Counted from the first letter of the stretch, positions 7,785 through 17,011 are shown. The stretch is 21,529 bases of DNA from an uncultured Syntrophorhabdus sp. (GCA_964528665.1 CAZGTB010000069.1:1-21529), one strand, 5' to 3'. Notes: generated from the sequence alone by a model not told the origin. A program made the numbers and translations.

Positions 7785-9035
7785 TCAACCATTGGCGCGA
7801 TGAAGAGTTTCTCTTGTAAGGAGGACGCTCATTAGAGCGGCTATACTAACGTAGAGAAAGATCTGCATTGGCATTCTGTAGGCATACGCGGGATAAGCGC
7901 CCTGCATCCGGCCCACCGTATCCAGGGCATAACCAATCACAGGCTGGAATATCAATCCTCCAAAAAATCCTGCAAGGTTAGTGGCCCCAATTGTAGTTCC
8001 GGCTAGATTCGGTGGAAATGACTCTTTTACTGCAGAGAAACCCACGCTCGCAGGGGATCCAGCCATCATACCAGTAATGAAAAAAAGGATGTAAAGTCCT
8101 ATTATTGGCAAAGAATTGTAGAATATCAGCAATAAAGCCCAACATATACAATGGATCAAAGAAGAGCCGACAAGAACCAGCTTTCTACTGATAAACACCT
8201 TGTCCGATAAGTAGCCAAAAACGGGAGTTCCTATAATTATGGCAAGCGGAACCACCGAAAGAATGTTTCCTGCGTCAACCTTTTGGAGCTTATAAACATC
8301 CATCAGATATGGGCCTGCCCAAAGTCCGAAGAAACCAAAAAGAATACCTACCCTTAAGAAAAACCACACAGCCAATGGCCAGAAATGTTTTTCTGCGAGC
8401 ACCTGCTTTATTCCTTGGTTTCCTTTATTTCCTTGTGCGTGCACGCTTGGGCTCACCTGCGACGTGCATACCTGTGACTCTGGTCTATCCCTGACAATGA
8501 TCCACGTAAGAGCGGTGAAAACGGCGGTTATAAGGCCCAGAAAGATGAATAATCCTCTCCAGCTAAACACTTCCGAAAGAGCTGCGAGCGGTGTGGTTCC
8601 AAGAAACCACCCAATAGTCCCTATAGCCATAAACAGCCCCGATACTTGTGCATACTCACGAGCGTTGAACCACATCCCAAACACTTTCATGGCTGGGACG
8701 AAAATCGCTGAAACACCCAACCCAATGAGGATCCTCGAGAAAATCGCAGAATTCAAGCTTCCTGATAGTGCCAGAAGTAATGCACCCAATGCCCCAATCA
8801 ACCCAAATAATGTGGCAGTTTTCCGAGATCCCCAACGGTCTGACAGCATGCCTACGGGGACTTGCATTAAAGCATACGGATAAAAATACGCCGAACTCAA
8901 AATCCCCAAACCGATCCCAGATATTCCGAAGTCTCTGGTAAATTCTGGAGCGAGAACCGCAGGACATACCCTATGAAAATATAAGAGAAGATATTGTAAT
9001 GAAAAGATTGAAAAGATGTACCACCGATATCTCAT
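7785..9035 (-). CDS. MFS transporter, organic-anion (ACS/phthalate-permease-like) type
   Basis: A 12-TM-like hydrophobic profile. The N-terminal YRWYIFSIFSLQYLLLYFHRVCPAVLAPEF..DFGIS..GLGILSSAYFYPYALMQVPVGMLSDRWGSRK has the MFS motif-A region GxLSDRxGxR. ATG 9035 has an AAGGTGG SD 4 nt upstream. The track start TTG 9056 lies 7 codons further upstream. Confidence 0.85.
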   Translation of the reverse strand: MRYRWYIFSIFSLQYLLLYFHRVCPAVLAPEFTRDFGISGIGLGILSSAYFYPYALMQVPVGMLSDRWGSRKTATLFGLIGALGALLLALSGSLNSAIFSRILIGLGVSAIFVPAMKVFGMWFNAREYAQVSGLFMAIGTIGWFLGTTPLAALSEVFSWRGLFIFLGLITAVFTALTWIIVRDRPESQVCTSQVSPSVHAQGNKGNQGIKQVLAEKHFWPLAVWFFLRVGILFGFFGLWAGPYLMDVYKLQKVDAGNILSVVPLAIIIGTPVFGYLSDKVFISRKLVLVGSSLIHCICWALLLIFYNSLPIIGLYILFFITGMMAGSPASVGFSAVKESFPPNLAGTTIGATNLAGFFGGLIFQPVIGYALDTVGRMQGAYPAYAYRMPMQIFLYVSIAALMSVLLTRETLHRANG

Positions 9036-9280
9036 AACCCACCTTTTCTGTACCAAAGCACTTTTGATAGCAGCCTTGTTTCAAGGCTTTTGGGTTCTCC
9101 CCAATTGGCAACACATGCATAATCAGAGAACGGTAGGATATTACGGTGGTAGCCCCATCCCTTTAACTACAGCGTCATTACCTAGACCGGACGTTTCTGT
9201 TACACACCATAGAGACACAACCGGTCCTTGTCAGCTTATAAAAGATTTCCACATGTTCCTCTTGTGTAATACTATACTTT

Positions 9281-11149
9281 TCAGGCACCTTTTAATCCTA
9301 AACGTGGGTAGACAACCTGCCGCCAGAAGAGACTTAAAATTACCATATATCCAAACACGTTTAGGTACCACACTTGCGGAATAAGACAGGCACTTCCTAT
9401 TAGGATAACCGCCCTTTCTACAAAATTAAGGCTTACTCTTGCAAAACCCAGAAACGACATCGAGATCCCGCTTATCGCGATAAATGCTGTTACGATACGG
9501 AAGGCAGCATAGAAAAAGGAACCTCTGAGCAGCAGTTCGGGCGAGTACACGAAGAGAAATGGAACAATAAATGTTGGTGCCGATATCAAAAATGCAAGAT
9601 TTGTTGTTTTTAACGGATCTGTCTTGGCAATCCCGGCTGCAGCAAAAGAACACGGTGCTGAAGGTGGCGTAATATTGCCAAGGACACCGAAGTGAAATAC
9701 AAAGAGATGTGCTGCCATAGGGTCGACCCCAGCCTTAATGAGGGCCGGCGCTGCGAGGATTGCGAGGATAAGGTATGCCGTGACGGGCGGGAGGGGCAGT
9801 CCGATTATGAGCGAGGCTATTGCGGTCAGTACAAGAAGGATAAGCATGTTCCCTCCTGCCACATGAATAAGTATTTCTGAAAACCTCAAGCCTAGTCCTG
9901 TCAGGTTAATCACACCTTCAATGATTCCCGCGGAAGCACACGCCATGATTACAACCAGCGCAGTCTTAGGCCCATTCTCCAGAGCTAACAAAATCTTCTT
10001 TAATGACATGCGGGTACTCTTCCTGATCATGCTCACTGCAAATATAGCAACTACCGCCCAGAAACCGGCCTTTTTCGTTGAAACATCTGACACAATAAGT
10101 AGGTACAAAACAACCAGGATCGGGAGAAAAAGATGACCATATTCCTTCATGAGCGGACCCATTCTGGGAAGCTCTGCTTTGGGTACTTTCACAAGGCCGA
10201 GTTTATTCGCCTGGACTTGCATGAAAGTGAACACGGCTGCATAAAAGAGAAGCCCAGGTATTAAGGCTGCCCGCATAACATCGATGTAGCTTCCGCCGAT
10301 AAGTTCTGGAATGATGAATGCAGCAGCACCCATCACGGGCGGGACGAGCATCCCTCCTGTCGCGGCCACCGCCTCCATTGCTGCTGCCATCATGGGTTTA
10401 TAACCGGTCTTCACCATCAATGGTATCGCGAGTGTTCCAACCGCTACTGCATTGGCCGTCTGGCTCCCCGTCATCATTCCGAAAAGCAGGTTGGCCAAGA
10501 CAGCCGCCTTTGCGGCACCCCCTTTGAACCTCCCAAACAGACCGTAGCCAATGTTCGTAAAGGCCTGGCTTCCCCCTGTCTGTTCCATGAAAGCTCCGAA
10601 AATAAGGAAAATAATGATTACTGTAGCTGAAACGCCGACAGCTACCCCTAAAATACCCTCTGTACCCAAGAACATGTGAGCGACCACTCTTTCAAAGGTA
10701 TACCCACTATGAGCAAACATTGGTGGTAGATGCGTGCCAAAAGCCACATACGCAAGACTTAAGGCTACCAAAACGCACATGGTAAGGCCCATGAGCCGTC
10801 TTGTCGCTTCTCCAACAAGAACTATTGCAGCGGTGCCCACGATGCAGTCAACGGTGTTCGGCGTACCTTCTCTTCCGACAATGTCCTGATATTGTGTGAG
10901 CACATAGGCCCCGATGAAAACACTAAAAAATAGAAGGATATAATCCACTGCCGAGTAAAGCCACGAATATTTACCTTGAAGCTCCTTTTTCAACGGATAA
11001 AGGAGAAAAACAAGGAGTAGACCGAAACAAAGATGGATTGATCTCTGCTGCATCGCCGGAAGCTGTTGGACTCCCGCAGTGTAGACTTGAAAAAGGGACA
11101 TCGCAACAGCTGTAACAGTTATAATGTTCTTGGTTGTTAGCCATTTCAT
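9281..11149 (-). CDS. TRAP transporter fused permease (TAXI-type 4TM/12TM DctQ-DctM fusion)
   Basis: A 622-aa polytopic protein placed 30 nt downstream of a TAXI receptor gene. Its length and glycine/alanine-rich TM pattern are typical of fused TAXI-TRAP permeases. It has an ATG start with GGGGGA upstream. Confidence 0.88.
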   Translation of the reverse strand: MKWLTTKNIITVTAVAMSLFQVYTAGVQQLPAMQQRSIHLCFGLLLVFLLYPLKKELQGKYSWLYSAVDYILLFFSVFIGAYVLTQYQDIVGREGTPNTVDCIVGTAAIVLVGEATRRLMGLTMCVLVALSLAYVAFGTHLPPMFAHSGYTFERVVAHMFLGTEGILGVAVGVSATVIIIFLIFGAFMEQTGGSQAFTNIGYGLFGRFKGGAAKAAVLANLLFGMMTGSQTANAVAVGTLAIPLMVKTGYKPMMAAAMEAVAATGGMLVPPVMGAAAFIIPELIGGSYIDVMRAALIPGLLFYAAVFTFMQVQANKLGLVKVPKAELPRMGPLMKEYGHLFLPILVVLYLLIVSDVSTKKAGFWAVVAIFAVSMIRKSTRMSLKKILLALENGPKTALVVIMACASAGIIEGVINLTGLGLRFSEILIHVAGGNMLILLVLTAIASLIIGLPLPPVTAYLILAILAAPALIKAGVDPMAAHLFVFHFGVLGNITPPSAPCSFAAAGIAKTDPLKTTNLAFLISAPTFIVPFLFVYSPELLLRGSFFYAAFRIVTAFIAISGISMSFLGFARVSLNFVERAVILIGSACLIPQVWYLNVFGYMVILSLFWRQVVYPRLGLKGA

Positions 11150-11179
11150 GCTTTCCCCCAGTCTTAAACCGTTTGATTG

Positions 11180-12154
11180 TTACTTTTTGAAAATTCCCAC
11201 TTCCCTAAAATATTTTTCTGCGCCAGGATGAAAGGGAAACATAATCGTTCTCTTCACATTCTCTTGGTTCATCTCTTTGGCAATAGGATGGATTTCAATT
11301 AATTCGTTTCTATGTTCAAAGAGGGCTTTTGTTATCTTGTACACCAGTTCCGTGCTCACGCCGCTATGGGTTTCCAAAGGTGTGCCAAAGACCACAATGA
11401 CTGTATCCTTATCAATTCCCTTATAAGAACCAGTTTTCAATGTCTCACTATACAAATACGGATTTTCCTCCAGGAACTTTTTCAATACCTTATCATCGAC
11501 GGGAATAATTCTTATCTCTCTCCGGGCGCTCATCTCTTTAAGTGCGGGGATCGGGAATGCTCCCGAGATAAATCCCGCGTCGATACTTCCATCCTGCAAA
11601 CCTTCCACTACCTCTTTATAGCCAAGCCACACAGGCTTATACATATCTTTTGTTAAACCATGGGCCTCCAGCAGATCCTTGCTGATTTCGGAGGTTCCGC
11701 TACCAGCTGCTCCAAGGGCAACCCTTCTGCCTTTTAAATCATTATAAGTTTTTATGGGTGAGTTCTTGTAGACAACCAAATTGAGTCCAGATCCGTACAA
11801 AAAGGTTATCGCTCTGAGATCTGAGTAGGCCTTTGTAAAAGGCGGTTTCCCGCTATACCCGAGGTAAAGCAGTTTGGAATCACTGATTCCAAAAGCCCCC
11901 TGCCCCTTGCTTTTCTTCTCGTCAATAAACTTGATTGTCGCTGCCGACCCACCCGTTCCTTCAACCATCATCTGGATTTCTGGTACGTATTTGTTTACAA
12001 CTTTAGAAATGGCTCCCCCAAGAAAGTATGCGGTTCCACCCGAACCTGGGGTATAGATTGGCACTACCTCTTTTGCAGCAGTGGGTATGGGTTGACATAC
12101 TATAATGCTTAAGCTCACAATAACGGCTATTATTATCATTCCTAAGGTTTTCAT
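11180..12154 (-). CDS. TAXI-family TRAP transporter solute-binding receptor
   Basis: A 324-aa protein with a signal peptide (MKTLGMIIIAVIVSLSIIVCQP). GSGGTAYFLGGAISKVV, GTGGSAATIKF and RVALGAAGSGTE..S are hallmarks of TAXI (TRAP-associated extracytoplasmic immunogenic) receptors. AAGGAGG SD and ATG start. Confidence 0.9.
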   Translation of the reverse strand: MKTLGMIIIAVIVSLSIIVCQPIPTAAKEVVPIYTPGSGGTAYFLGGAISKVVNKYVPEIQMMVEGTGGSAATIKFIDEKKSKGQGAFGISDSKLLYLGYSGKPPFTKAYSDLRAITFLYGSGLNLVVYKNSPIKTYNDLKGRRVALGAAGSGTSEISKDLLEAHGLTKDMYKPVWLGYKEVVEGLQDGSIDAGFISGAFPIPALKEMSARREIRIIPVDDKVLKKFLEENPYLYSETLKTGSYKGIDKDTVIVVFGTPLETHSGVSTELVYKITKALFEHRNELIEIHPIAKEMNQENVKRTIMFPFHPGAEKYFREVGIFKK

Positions 12155-12174
12155 GTTTCCTCCTTAATTCTGAT

Positions 12175-12202
12175 GGGATACAAAGGGAATCCTTCGTATC
12201 CC
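12175..12202 (-). other. Stable intercistronic stem-loop between the ligase and TAXI receptor genes
   Basis: On the mRNA (minus) strand the sequence is GGGAUACGAAGG-AUUC-CCUUUGUAUCCC. That gives a 12-bp stem (one G-U) with a 4-nt loop. No U-tract follows, and the hairpin ends about 18 nt before the receptor SD. Confidence 0.5.
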
Positions 12203-12247
12203 TCTGCATCCCTCAATCCTGATTACTCCAATTGCGGACATAGCATG

Positions 12248-13822
12248 TTAAGTCCTCTTCTGCATTTCCAAATACTTTGGCCTCATTTTGACTTTTTCAA
12301 TCTTACCAGTTGGGTTTCTCATTACCTCGTCAAAAATAATCCGTCTAGGCCTCTTATACCTCGGCAGGTTCTGCTCAAAAAACTGGAATAACTCCTTCTC
12401 CGTCTCGTCGGAACCAGGTATGTCTGATTTTAGCTTAATTACCGCAGCAACTATCTCGCCGAGCCTGTCGTCGGGAAGCCCTATCACCCCCACATCGTGT
12501 ACCTTGGGATGAGTCTGTATGACCTCTTCTACTTCTGAGGGATAGACATTTTCGCCCCCGCAGATTATCAAATCTTTTTTCCTGTCCACGATCCAGTAGA
12601 AACCATCCTCATCCATTCTTGCCAAATCGCCGGTGTAAAGCCAACCGTCTTTAACGGTCTCAGCTGTTTTCTCCGGGTTCTTATAGTATTCCCTCATTAC
12701 ACCGTTTCCTCTAATTATGATCTCGCCAATCTCCCCCTGGGGCACATCATTTCCGAAGTCATCAACAAGTCGCGCTTCCCAGTTAAAGCCGGGTTTTCCT
12801 ATCGATCCAACTTTGTGCGGATTTTCAATGCCCAGGTGCAGGCTTTGCGGCCCCGTGCCTTCTGTCAGTCCGTAGTTTTCGTCAAAGAGCATATCTGGGA
12901 ATTCCTGTTTCCATTTGGTCATAAGGTTAGGCGGCACAGATTGCGCTCCATACATCACCAATCTCCATTGGCTTAAATCGTAATCCTCTTTCTTGAGTGT
13001 ACCCTTTTCCAACTCGGTCAGGATATCCTGAAGCCAAGGAACAAGGAGCATCACAACGGTGCATTTTTCTTTTTCCATAACCTCAAATATTGCTTCAGGC
13101 GTTATTTTATCACTCTGAATTACTGCTCGCTCACCGAGGATCAGGCTTGAGAGCCAATGTATGAAATCCCCAGTATGATATAAAGGTTTGAGAATAGCGA
13201 ACACGTCTCCGGGTTCTCGAAGCTTGTGTACCACTTCTATGATGGCTGCGTGTTCCATGTTGTTGTGCGTCAGAAGAATGGGCTTTGGCGCCCCTGTTGT
13301 ACCGGAGGTGAAATAGAGCCCGCAGGGATCCTGGGGCTCTATTGATACATGAAACGGCTCGGAAGGGGATCGGGCAAGCACCGCTTCAAGATCCTCCATA
13401 TCACCTGCTGCTGGCCCACCATTCACCAAAGACTTGTTTCGTATGGAAGGAAGGGCTCCCGAGGTCCGCACCCTGTCAACAAATTCCGCGTCAACAATTG
13501 CCACCTTCGGCTTGGTTATGTCTACACAATACTTAAAATCCTTATCATTAAATCGAAAATTGAGAGGCACTACGATTGCGCCTGTGCGGATGATGCCGAA
13601 ATACACTTCGAGCCAAGTTTTGGAGTTCATCATCCAATGCACTACCATGTCACCCTTCCCAACATCTCTATTCTTAAGCGCATTGGCGATCCTGTTTACT
13701 CTCTCATTGAACTCTTTCCAGGTGACCTGAACTCGCAGCTTTTTGCTCGGCACCCTTTCCACCAGTGCAACTCTGTTGGGATACATCCTGGCATTTCTTG
13801 CCACCATCTCCGAAATAGTCAT
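12248..13822 (-). CDS. AMP-forming acyl/aryl-CoA ligase (class I adenylate-forming enzyme)
   Basis: AMP-binding signature YFTSGTTGAPKPILLTHNN. The core also includes YGLTEGTG, WLYTGDLARMDEDGFYWIVDRKKDLII.GGENVYP.EVE and a C-terminal PRYKRPR...NPTGKI. A strong AGGAGGAGGAGG SD precedes the ATG, and the gene starts 27 nt after the UbiD-like stop. Confidence 0.9.
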   Translation of the reverse strand: MTISEMVARNARMYPNRVALVERVPSKKLRVQVTWKEFNERVNRIANALKNRDVGKGDMVVHWMMNSKTWLEVYFGIIRTGAIVVPLNFRFNDKDFKYCVDITKPKVAIVDAEFVDRVRTSGALPSIRNKSLVNGGPAAGDMEDLEAVLARSPSEPFHVSIEPQDPCGLYFTSGTTGAPKPILLTHNNMEHAAIIEVVHKLREPGDVFAILKPLYHTGDFIHWLSSLILGERAVIQSDKITPEAIFEVMEKEKCTVVMLLVPWLQDILTELEKGTLKKEDYDLSQWRLVMYGAQSVPPNLMTKWKQEFPDMLFDENYGLTEGTGPQSLHLGIENPHKVGSIGKPGFNWEARLVDDFGNDVPQGEIGEIIIRGNGVMREYYKNPEKTAETVKDGWLYTGDLARMDEDGFYWIVDRKKDLIICGGENVYPSEVEEVIQTHPKVHDVGVIGLPDDRLGEIVAAVIKLKSDIPGSDETEKELFQFFEQNLPRYKRPRRIIFDEVMRNPTGKIEKVKMRPKYLEMQKRT

Positions 13823-13849
13823 GCCTCCTCCTCCTGGACTCCCTGAATA

Positions 13850-15364
13850 CTACCAGCCGTGTTTCGCTAGGGTCTTTGCATAGTCGGTCTGCATGGATCG
13901 TACTTCACGAATCTGTTCCTCGGTGAACCATTTCTTCAGATCGATCTTGTCGACAGGATACTGGGGTCTCTGGAAATAGTGCTTCGTCTTGTACGGCTTC
14001 GTCGCATCGAATGCCATACCGCCTTCCCAGCCTCCTACGCCGCTTATCCTTGCCTCAATGGGTTGTGCAGCTATTCCCCTGGCACCGCGAGGGAGCTTCA
14101 ATATATCATAATCGGGATCGACCCTGCTCTCTATGGCCCAGATGACATCATCGGCGTTATAGATGTCCACATCTTCATCGACGGCAACAGCCATTCGTAT
14201 CCCGGGCGCATCAGCAAGAGCAGCAAGAAGGATGTTTCGCTGGAATCCTTCATCCTGAGCTCTTTCCTTGCGAATCTGGAAAATTACTCCGCTGCCCCAT
14301 TTGAAGTAGTCAGGGATGTTAACGTCTACACAAATTCCCGGGGCTATCCTTTCGGCCATCTCAAAGAACGAGGCCTCTCTAGACAGGTCAAAGCACGTGT
14401 ATTCAAGTCCAGCCGCGAGTGGCGTGTAAAAGATCGGATTCTTGCGCATGGTTATTGCCGTGACTGTGAGTTTACGGACTTTCCATGCAGTCCCCATGTA
14501 CCCGACCCATTCTGGGAAGAAGTTCGTCTCTCCCTGTCTTTGTATGCCTAATTTCTCGGATTCGTCGCTTTCCCACACATTCTCAGAGGTTGGTTCGAGG
14601 TAGCCTTCGAGCACAATCTCGGCATCCGCAATCGAGTAAGCATCAACTGTTCTTGCCTTTACCAGCTCAATTGGGGCGCCTTGGAATCCGCCGGCTATTC
14701 CGAGCTCATCGCCACCGTGAGGTACTATCGTCCTGACATGCCATGCTCCGGCAACCCACCCGGCTGCTGGTGGAGGATTGATATTGACGGTCACGGGAAT
14801 CCTGTCATCTCGATGGGTTTTAAAGCACATCTGGCCGATGTGAGTAATCTGGGCCGTTGAGATGGATGCCCAATTCTTTCCCCTGAAATGGATCCTATTG
14901 AAGGAAATGTTGGTGTCTCCCTTTCTGTAAACATCAGTCAGAAGCTGGTTGCCGCAACCCATAATACGACCAGCATCAAATTCAGTATGCTTGATTATTG
15001 GCAGGGTAGCGAGAACATCGATATTCTTGTCGATAACCACTTCCTGAACTGGAGCATCTTTAACAATCTTCGGAGCAATAGGGTCGCGAATAGCATCCAC
15101 AAACTTGAATTTCATCTTGTTGGGGTCTTCTATACCGAAGATATCAGCCCACGGTTCACGACGCCCGAAAAAGTTTGTTATGTTGACATAATCCGGATAA
15201 CCTTTAATCTTCTCGAATTTGAGAATCGGACCTTTTTCAAAGGACTTTGCAATGGCTGCGACCTCGTATATGGGATCAACCTCTTTCTTGACATGCATTA
15301 CATAGCCCTTCTTATCCAGGTACTCAAGGGCGCTTCTAACACTTCTTGCATCTTTTTTGCTCAT
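13850..15364 (-). CDS. UbiD-family (prFMN-dependent) reversible decarboxylase
   Basis: A 504-aa protein of UbiD length and layout. The N-terminal SVRSALEYLDKKGYVMHVKKEVDPIYEVAAIAK matches the family's LR.fl..Le..Gel..i...vdp..Eiaai opening. AAGGAGG SD, ATG start and TAG stop. A UbiX gene lies in the same locus. Confidence 0.9.
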   Translation of the reverse strand: MSKKDARSVRSALEYLDKKGYVMHVKKEVDPIYEVAAIAKSFEKGPILKFEKIKGYPDYVNITNFFGRREPWADIFGIEDPNKMKFKFVDAIRDPIAPKIVKDAPVQEVVIDKNIDVLATLPIIKHTEFDAGRIMGCGNQLLTDVYRKGDTNISFNRIHFRGKNWASISTAQITHIGQMCFKTHRDDRIPVTVNINPPPAAGWVAGAWHVRTIVPHGGDELGIAGGFQGAPIELVKARTVDAYSIADAEIVLEGYLEPTSENVWESDESEKLGIQRQGETNFFPEWVGYMGTAWKVRKLTVTAITMRKNPIFYTPLAAGLEYTCFDLSREASFFEMAERIAPGICVDVNIPDYFKWGSGVIFQIRKERAQDEGFQRNILLAALADAPGIRMAVAVDEDVDIYNADDVIWAIESRVDPDYDILKLPRGARGIAAQPIEARISGVGGWEGGMAFDATKPYKTKHYFQRPQYPVDKIDLKKWFTEEQIREVRSMQTDYAKTLAKHGW

Positions 15365-15413
15365 TGTACTACCTCCTTAAGAGTTTTTATGCGGTGCATT
15401 TGACACGTACAGA

Positions 15414-15430
15414 TTGCAATTAGGATGCCT
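15414..15430 (-). promoter_or_regulatory. Sigma-54 (-24/-12) promoter for the ubiD-like/ligase/TAXI-TRAP operon
   Basis: The minus strand reads aGGCATcctaaTTGCAa, with exactly 10 nt between GG and GC. This is a close match to TGGCAC-N5-TTGCA. The -12 element lies about 50 nt upstream of the ubiD-like ATG. Confidence 0.7.
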
Positions 15431-15480
15431 TTTTTCACTAACTCTTTAACTTATTAGAATTACACAGGTTAAATTTTCCA

Positions 15481-15509
15481 TTGACAAAAAATTCCTGCCA
15501 AGGTATTGT
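15481..15509 (+). promoter_or_regulatory. Sigma-70-type promoter for the activator gene
   Basis: Perfect -35 TTGACA (15481-15486), a 17-nt spacer and -10 TATTGT (15504-15509). The -10 box overlaps the first half-site of the palindrome. Confidence 0.5.
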
Positions 15510-15531
15510 CCATATTATGGACATGTCCATA
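15507..15531. promoter_or_regulatory. Three-half-site palindromic operator/UAS TGTCCATA-t-TATGGACA-TGTCCATA
   Basis: Half-sites lie at 15507-15514, 15516-15523 and 15524-15531. They form two overlapping perfect palindromes. The site sits 80-100 bp upstream of the -24 element of the divergent sigma-54 promoter and over the -10/+1 region of the activator's own promoter. Confidence 0.6.
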
Positions 15532-15544
15532 AAAGAGAATATTA

Positions 15545-17011
15545 TTGGAATTATCAATGAGAAATGACGAAAGAACGCTATTATCAAGCTTTTTCGAAGT
15601 CCTCGGCCGATACTCACTCAATGATATTGTTGGGTGGGCTCTCAGGTTCTGTTTTCGAAATCCTTACGAAAGCATTACTATTGTTGATAAAAACGGTCGT
15701 GTCCAATTTATGGACAAACCGACGGAGGAGTTCTTTGGGCTAAAGCAGGGAGAAGCAGCGGGGATGGACATTCGTGACCTTGTTCCTCACACAAATGTGC
15801 CACTTACGATAGCTACCGGCAAACCACAGATAGGGAAAATATGGGAAGTAAGGGGAATTAAAAGGATCAGCTCAGTCTATCCACTTATAAAGAATGGAGA
15901 AATCATTGGTGCTGTCGGTAAAATACTTTTTCATTCCTTGGAAGAAATCGAAAGAATCAATGAAGAAATACAGAGACTTAACAAAGAAATACATTATCTC
16001 AAACAAAAGGAAAAAACCGAATATAGCTCGCTATATACCTTTAACAATATCCTTGGTAACAGTGCGCGCATCCGAGAAACGATTGAGATCGCAAAGAAAA
16101 TTGCGCCCCTTGATACGGACGTACTCATTGTCGGAGAAAGCGGAACCGGCAAGGAGTTGTTCGCCCACAGCATTCATAGCCTCACGCATCCAGACAGACC
16201 GTTTGTTAAAATTAACTGTCCGGCCATTCCCTTTGAACTGGCAGAATCACAGTTATTTGGTTATGAAAAGGGAGCATTCACCGGCGCAACCACCGTCGGC
16301 AAGCCTGGAGCCTTTGAAGCGGCAGAGGGTGGCACGGTATTTCTGGACGAAATCTCTTCTCTGCCCCTTTCCATCCAGGCAAAACTTCTTCGCGTGCTCC
16401 AGGAGCGTGAAGTAACAAGGCTTGGTAGCTCGAAGACAAAAAAAATAAATTTCAGATCCATTGCTGCTACAAATGTAGACTTACGCAGATTAGTACAGGA
16501 AAGAAAGTTTCGTCACGACCTATACTACAGAGTGGCAAAAGCCATAGTCCCTATCCCTCCACTGAGAGAGAGAAGAGAAGATATACCTTTCTATCTCAAC
16601 AGTTTTCTGGAAATGATTAATCGGTCGTTCAAGACCAGCATTCGGGGATTTTCGCGCGAAGCCTTCCAAGCCCTAATTCAATATGACTGGCCGGGTAACG
16701 TGAGGGAATTGATAAATGTGTTGGAACAGGTAGCGATCCGAGCCATCACTGATGAAGAGATAAGCATAGAAGCTCTTCCAGAGGACGTGTGTTTACTGAA
16801 AATAGGATTGGCAGGGAAAGATATCAACACCAGTAACGTCGTAGGCATAAAACAACACATGACAAGAGTGGAAAGGGATGCAATCATTTCCGCGCTCAAG
16901 GAGACTGGCGGAAACAGACAAAAAACAGCACAACTTCTCAAGATGCCAAGATCAACATTGTATAAGAAACTGGCAGCCTACAACATCTCTAACGATTCCT
17001 CGACCCTTTGA
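15545..17011 (+). CDS. Sigma-54-dependent transcriptional activator (PAS-like sensor, AAA+ domain, Fis-type HTH)
   Basis: Walker A GESGTGKELFA, the sigma-54 contact loop GAFTGA (EKGAFTGA), Walker B VFLDEI, and R-finger region RVLQEREVTRLGS. The C-terminal HTH is GGNRQKTAQLLKMPRSTLYKKL. The N-terminal ~130 aa look PAS-like (ITIVDKNGRVQFMDKPTEEFFG). The start is either TTG 15545 or ATG 15557. Confidence 0.9.
   Translation: MELSMRNDERTLLSSFFEVLGRYSLNDIVGWALRFCFRNPYESITIVDKNGRVQFMDKPTEEFFGLKQGEAAGMDIRDLVPHTNVPLTIATGKPQIGKIWEVRGIKRISSVYPLIKNGEIIGAVGKILFHSLEEIERINEEIQRLNKEIHYLKQKEKTEYSSLYTFNNILGNSARIRETIEIAKKIAPLDTDVLIVGESGTGKELFAHSIHSLTHPDRPFVKINCPAIPFELAESQLFGYEKGAFTGATTVGKPGAFEAAEGGTVFLDEISSLPLSIQAKLLRVLQEREVTRLGSSKTKKINFRSIAATNVDLRRLVQERKFRHDLYYRVAKAIVPIPPLRERREDIPFYLNSFLEMINRSFKTSIRGFSREAFQALIQYDWPGNVRELINVLEQVAIRAITDEEISIEALPEDVCLLKIGLAGKDINTSNVVGIKQHMTRVERDAIISALKETGGNRQKTAQLLKMPRSTLYKKLAAYNISNDSSTL

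Noticed and set aside
9072-9092. The hairpin AGCCTTG-ttt-CAAGGCT followed by TTTT on the plus strand, resembling a terminator
   Set aside because: There is no plus-strand gene upstream for it to terminate. It lies in the leader of the minus-strand MFS gene, where it has no U-tract. The function is undetermined and the stem is short (7 bp).
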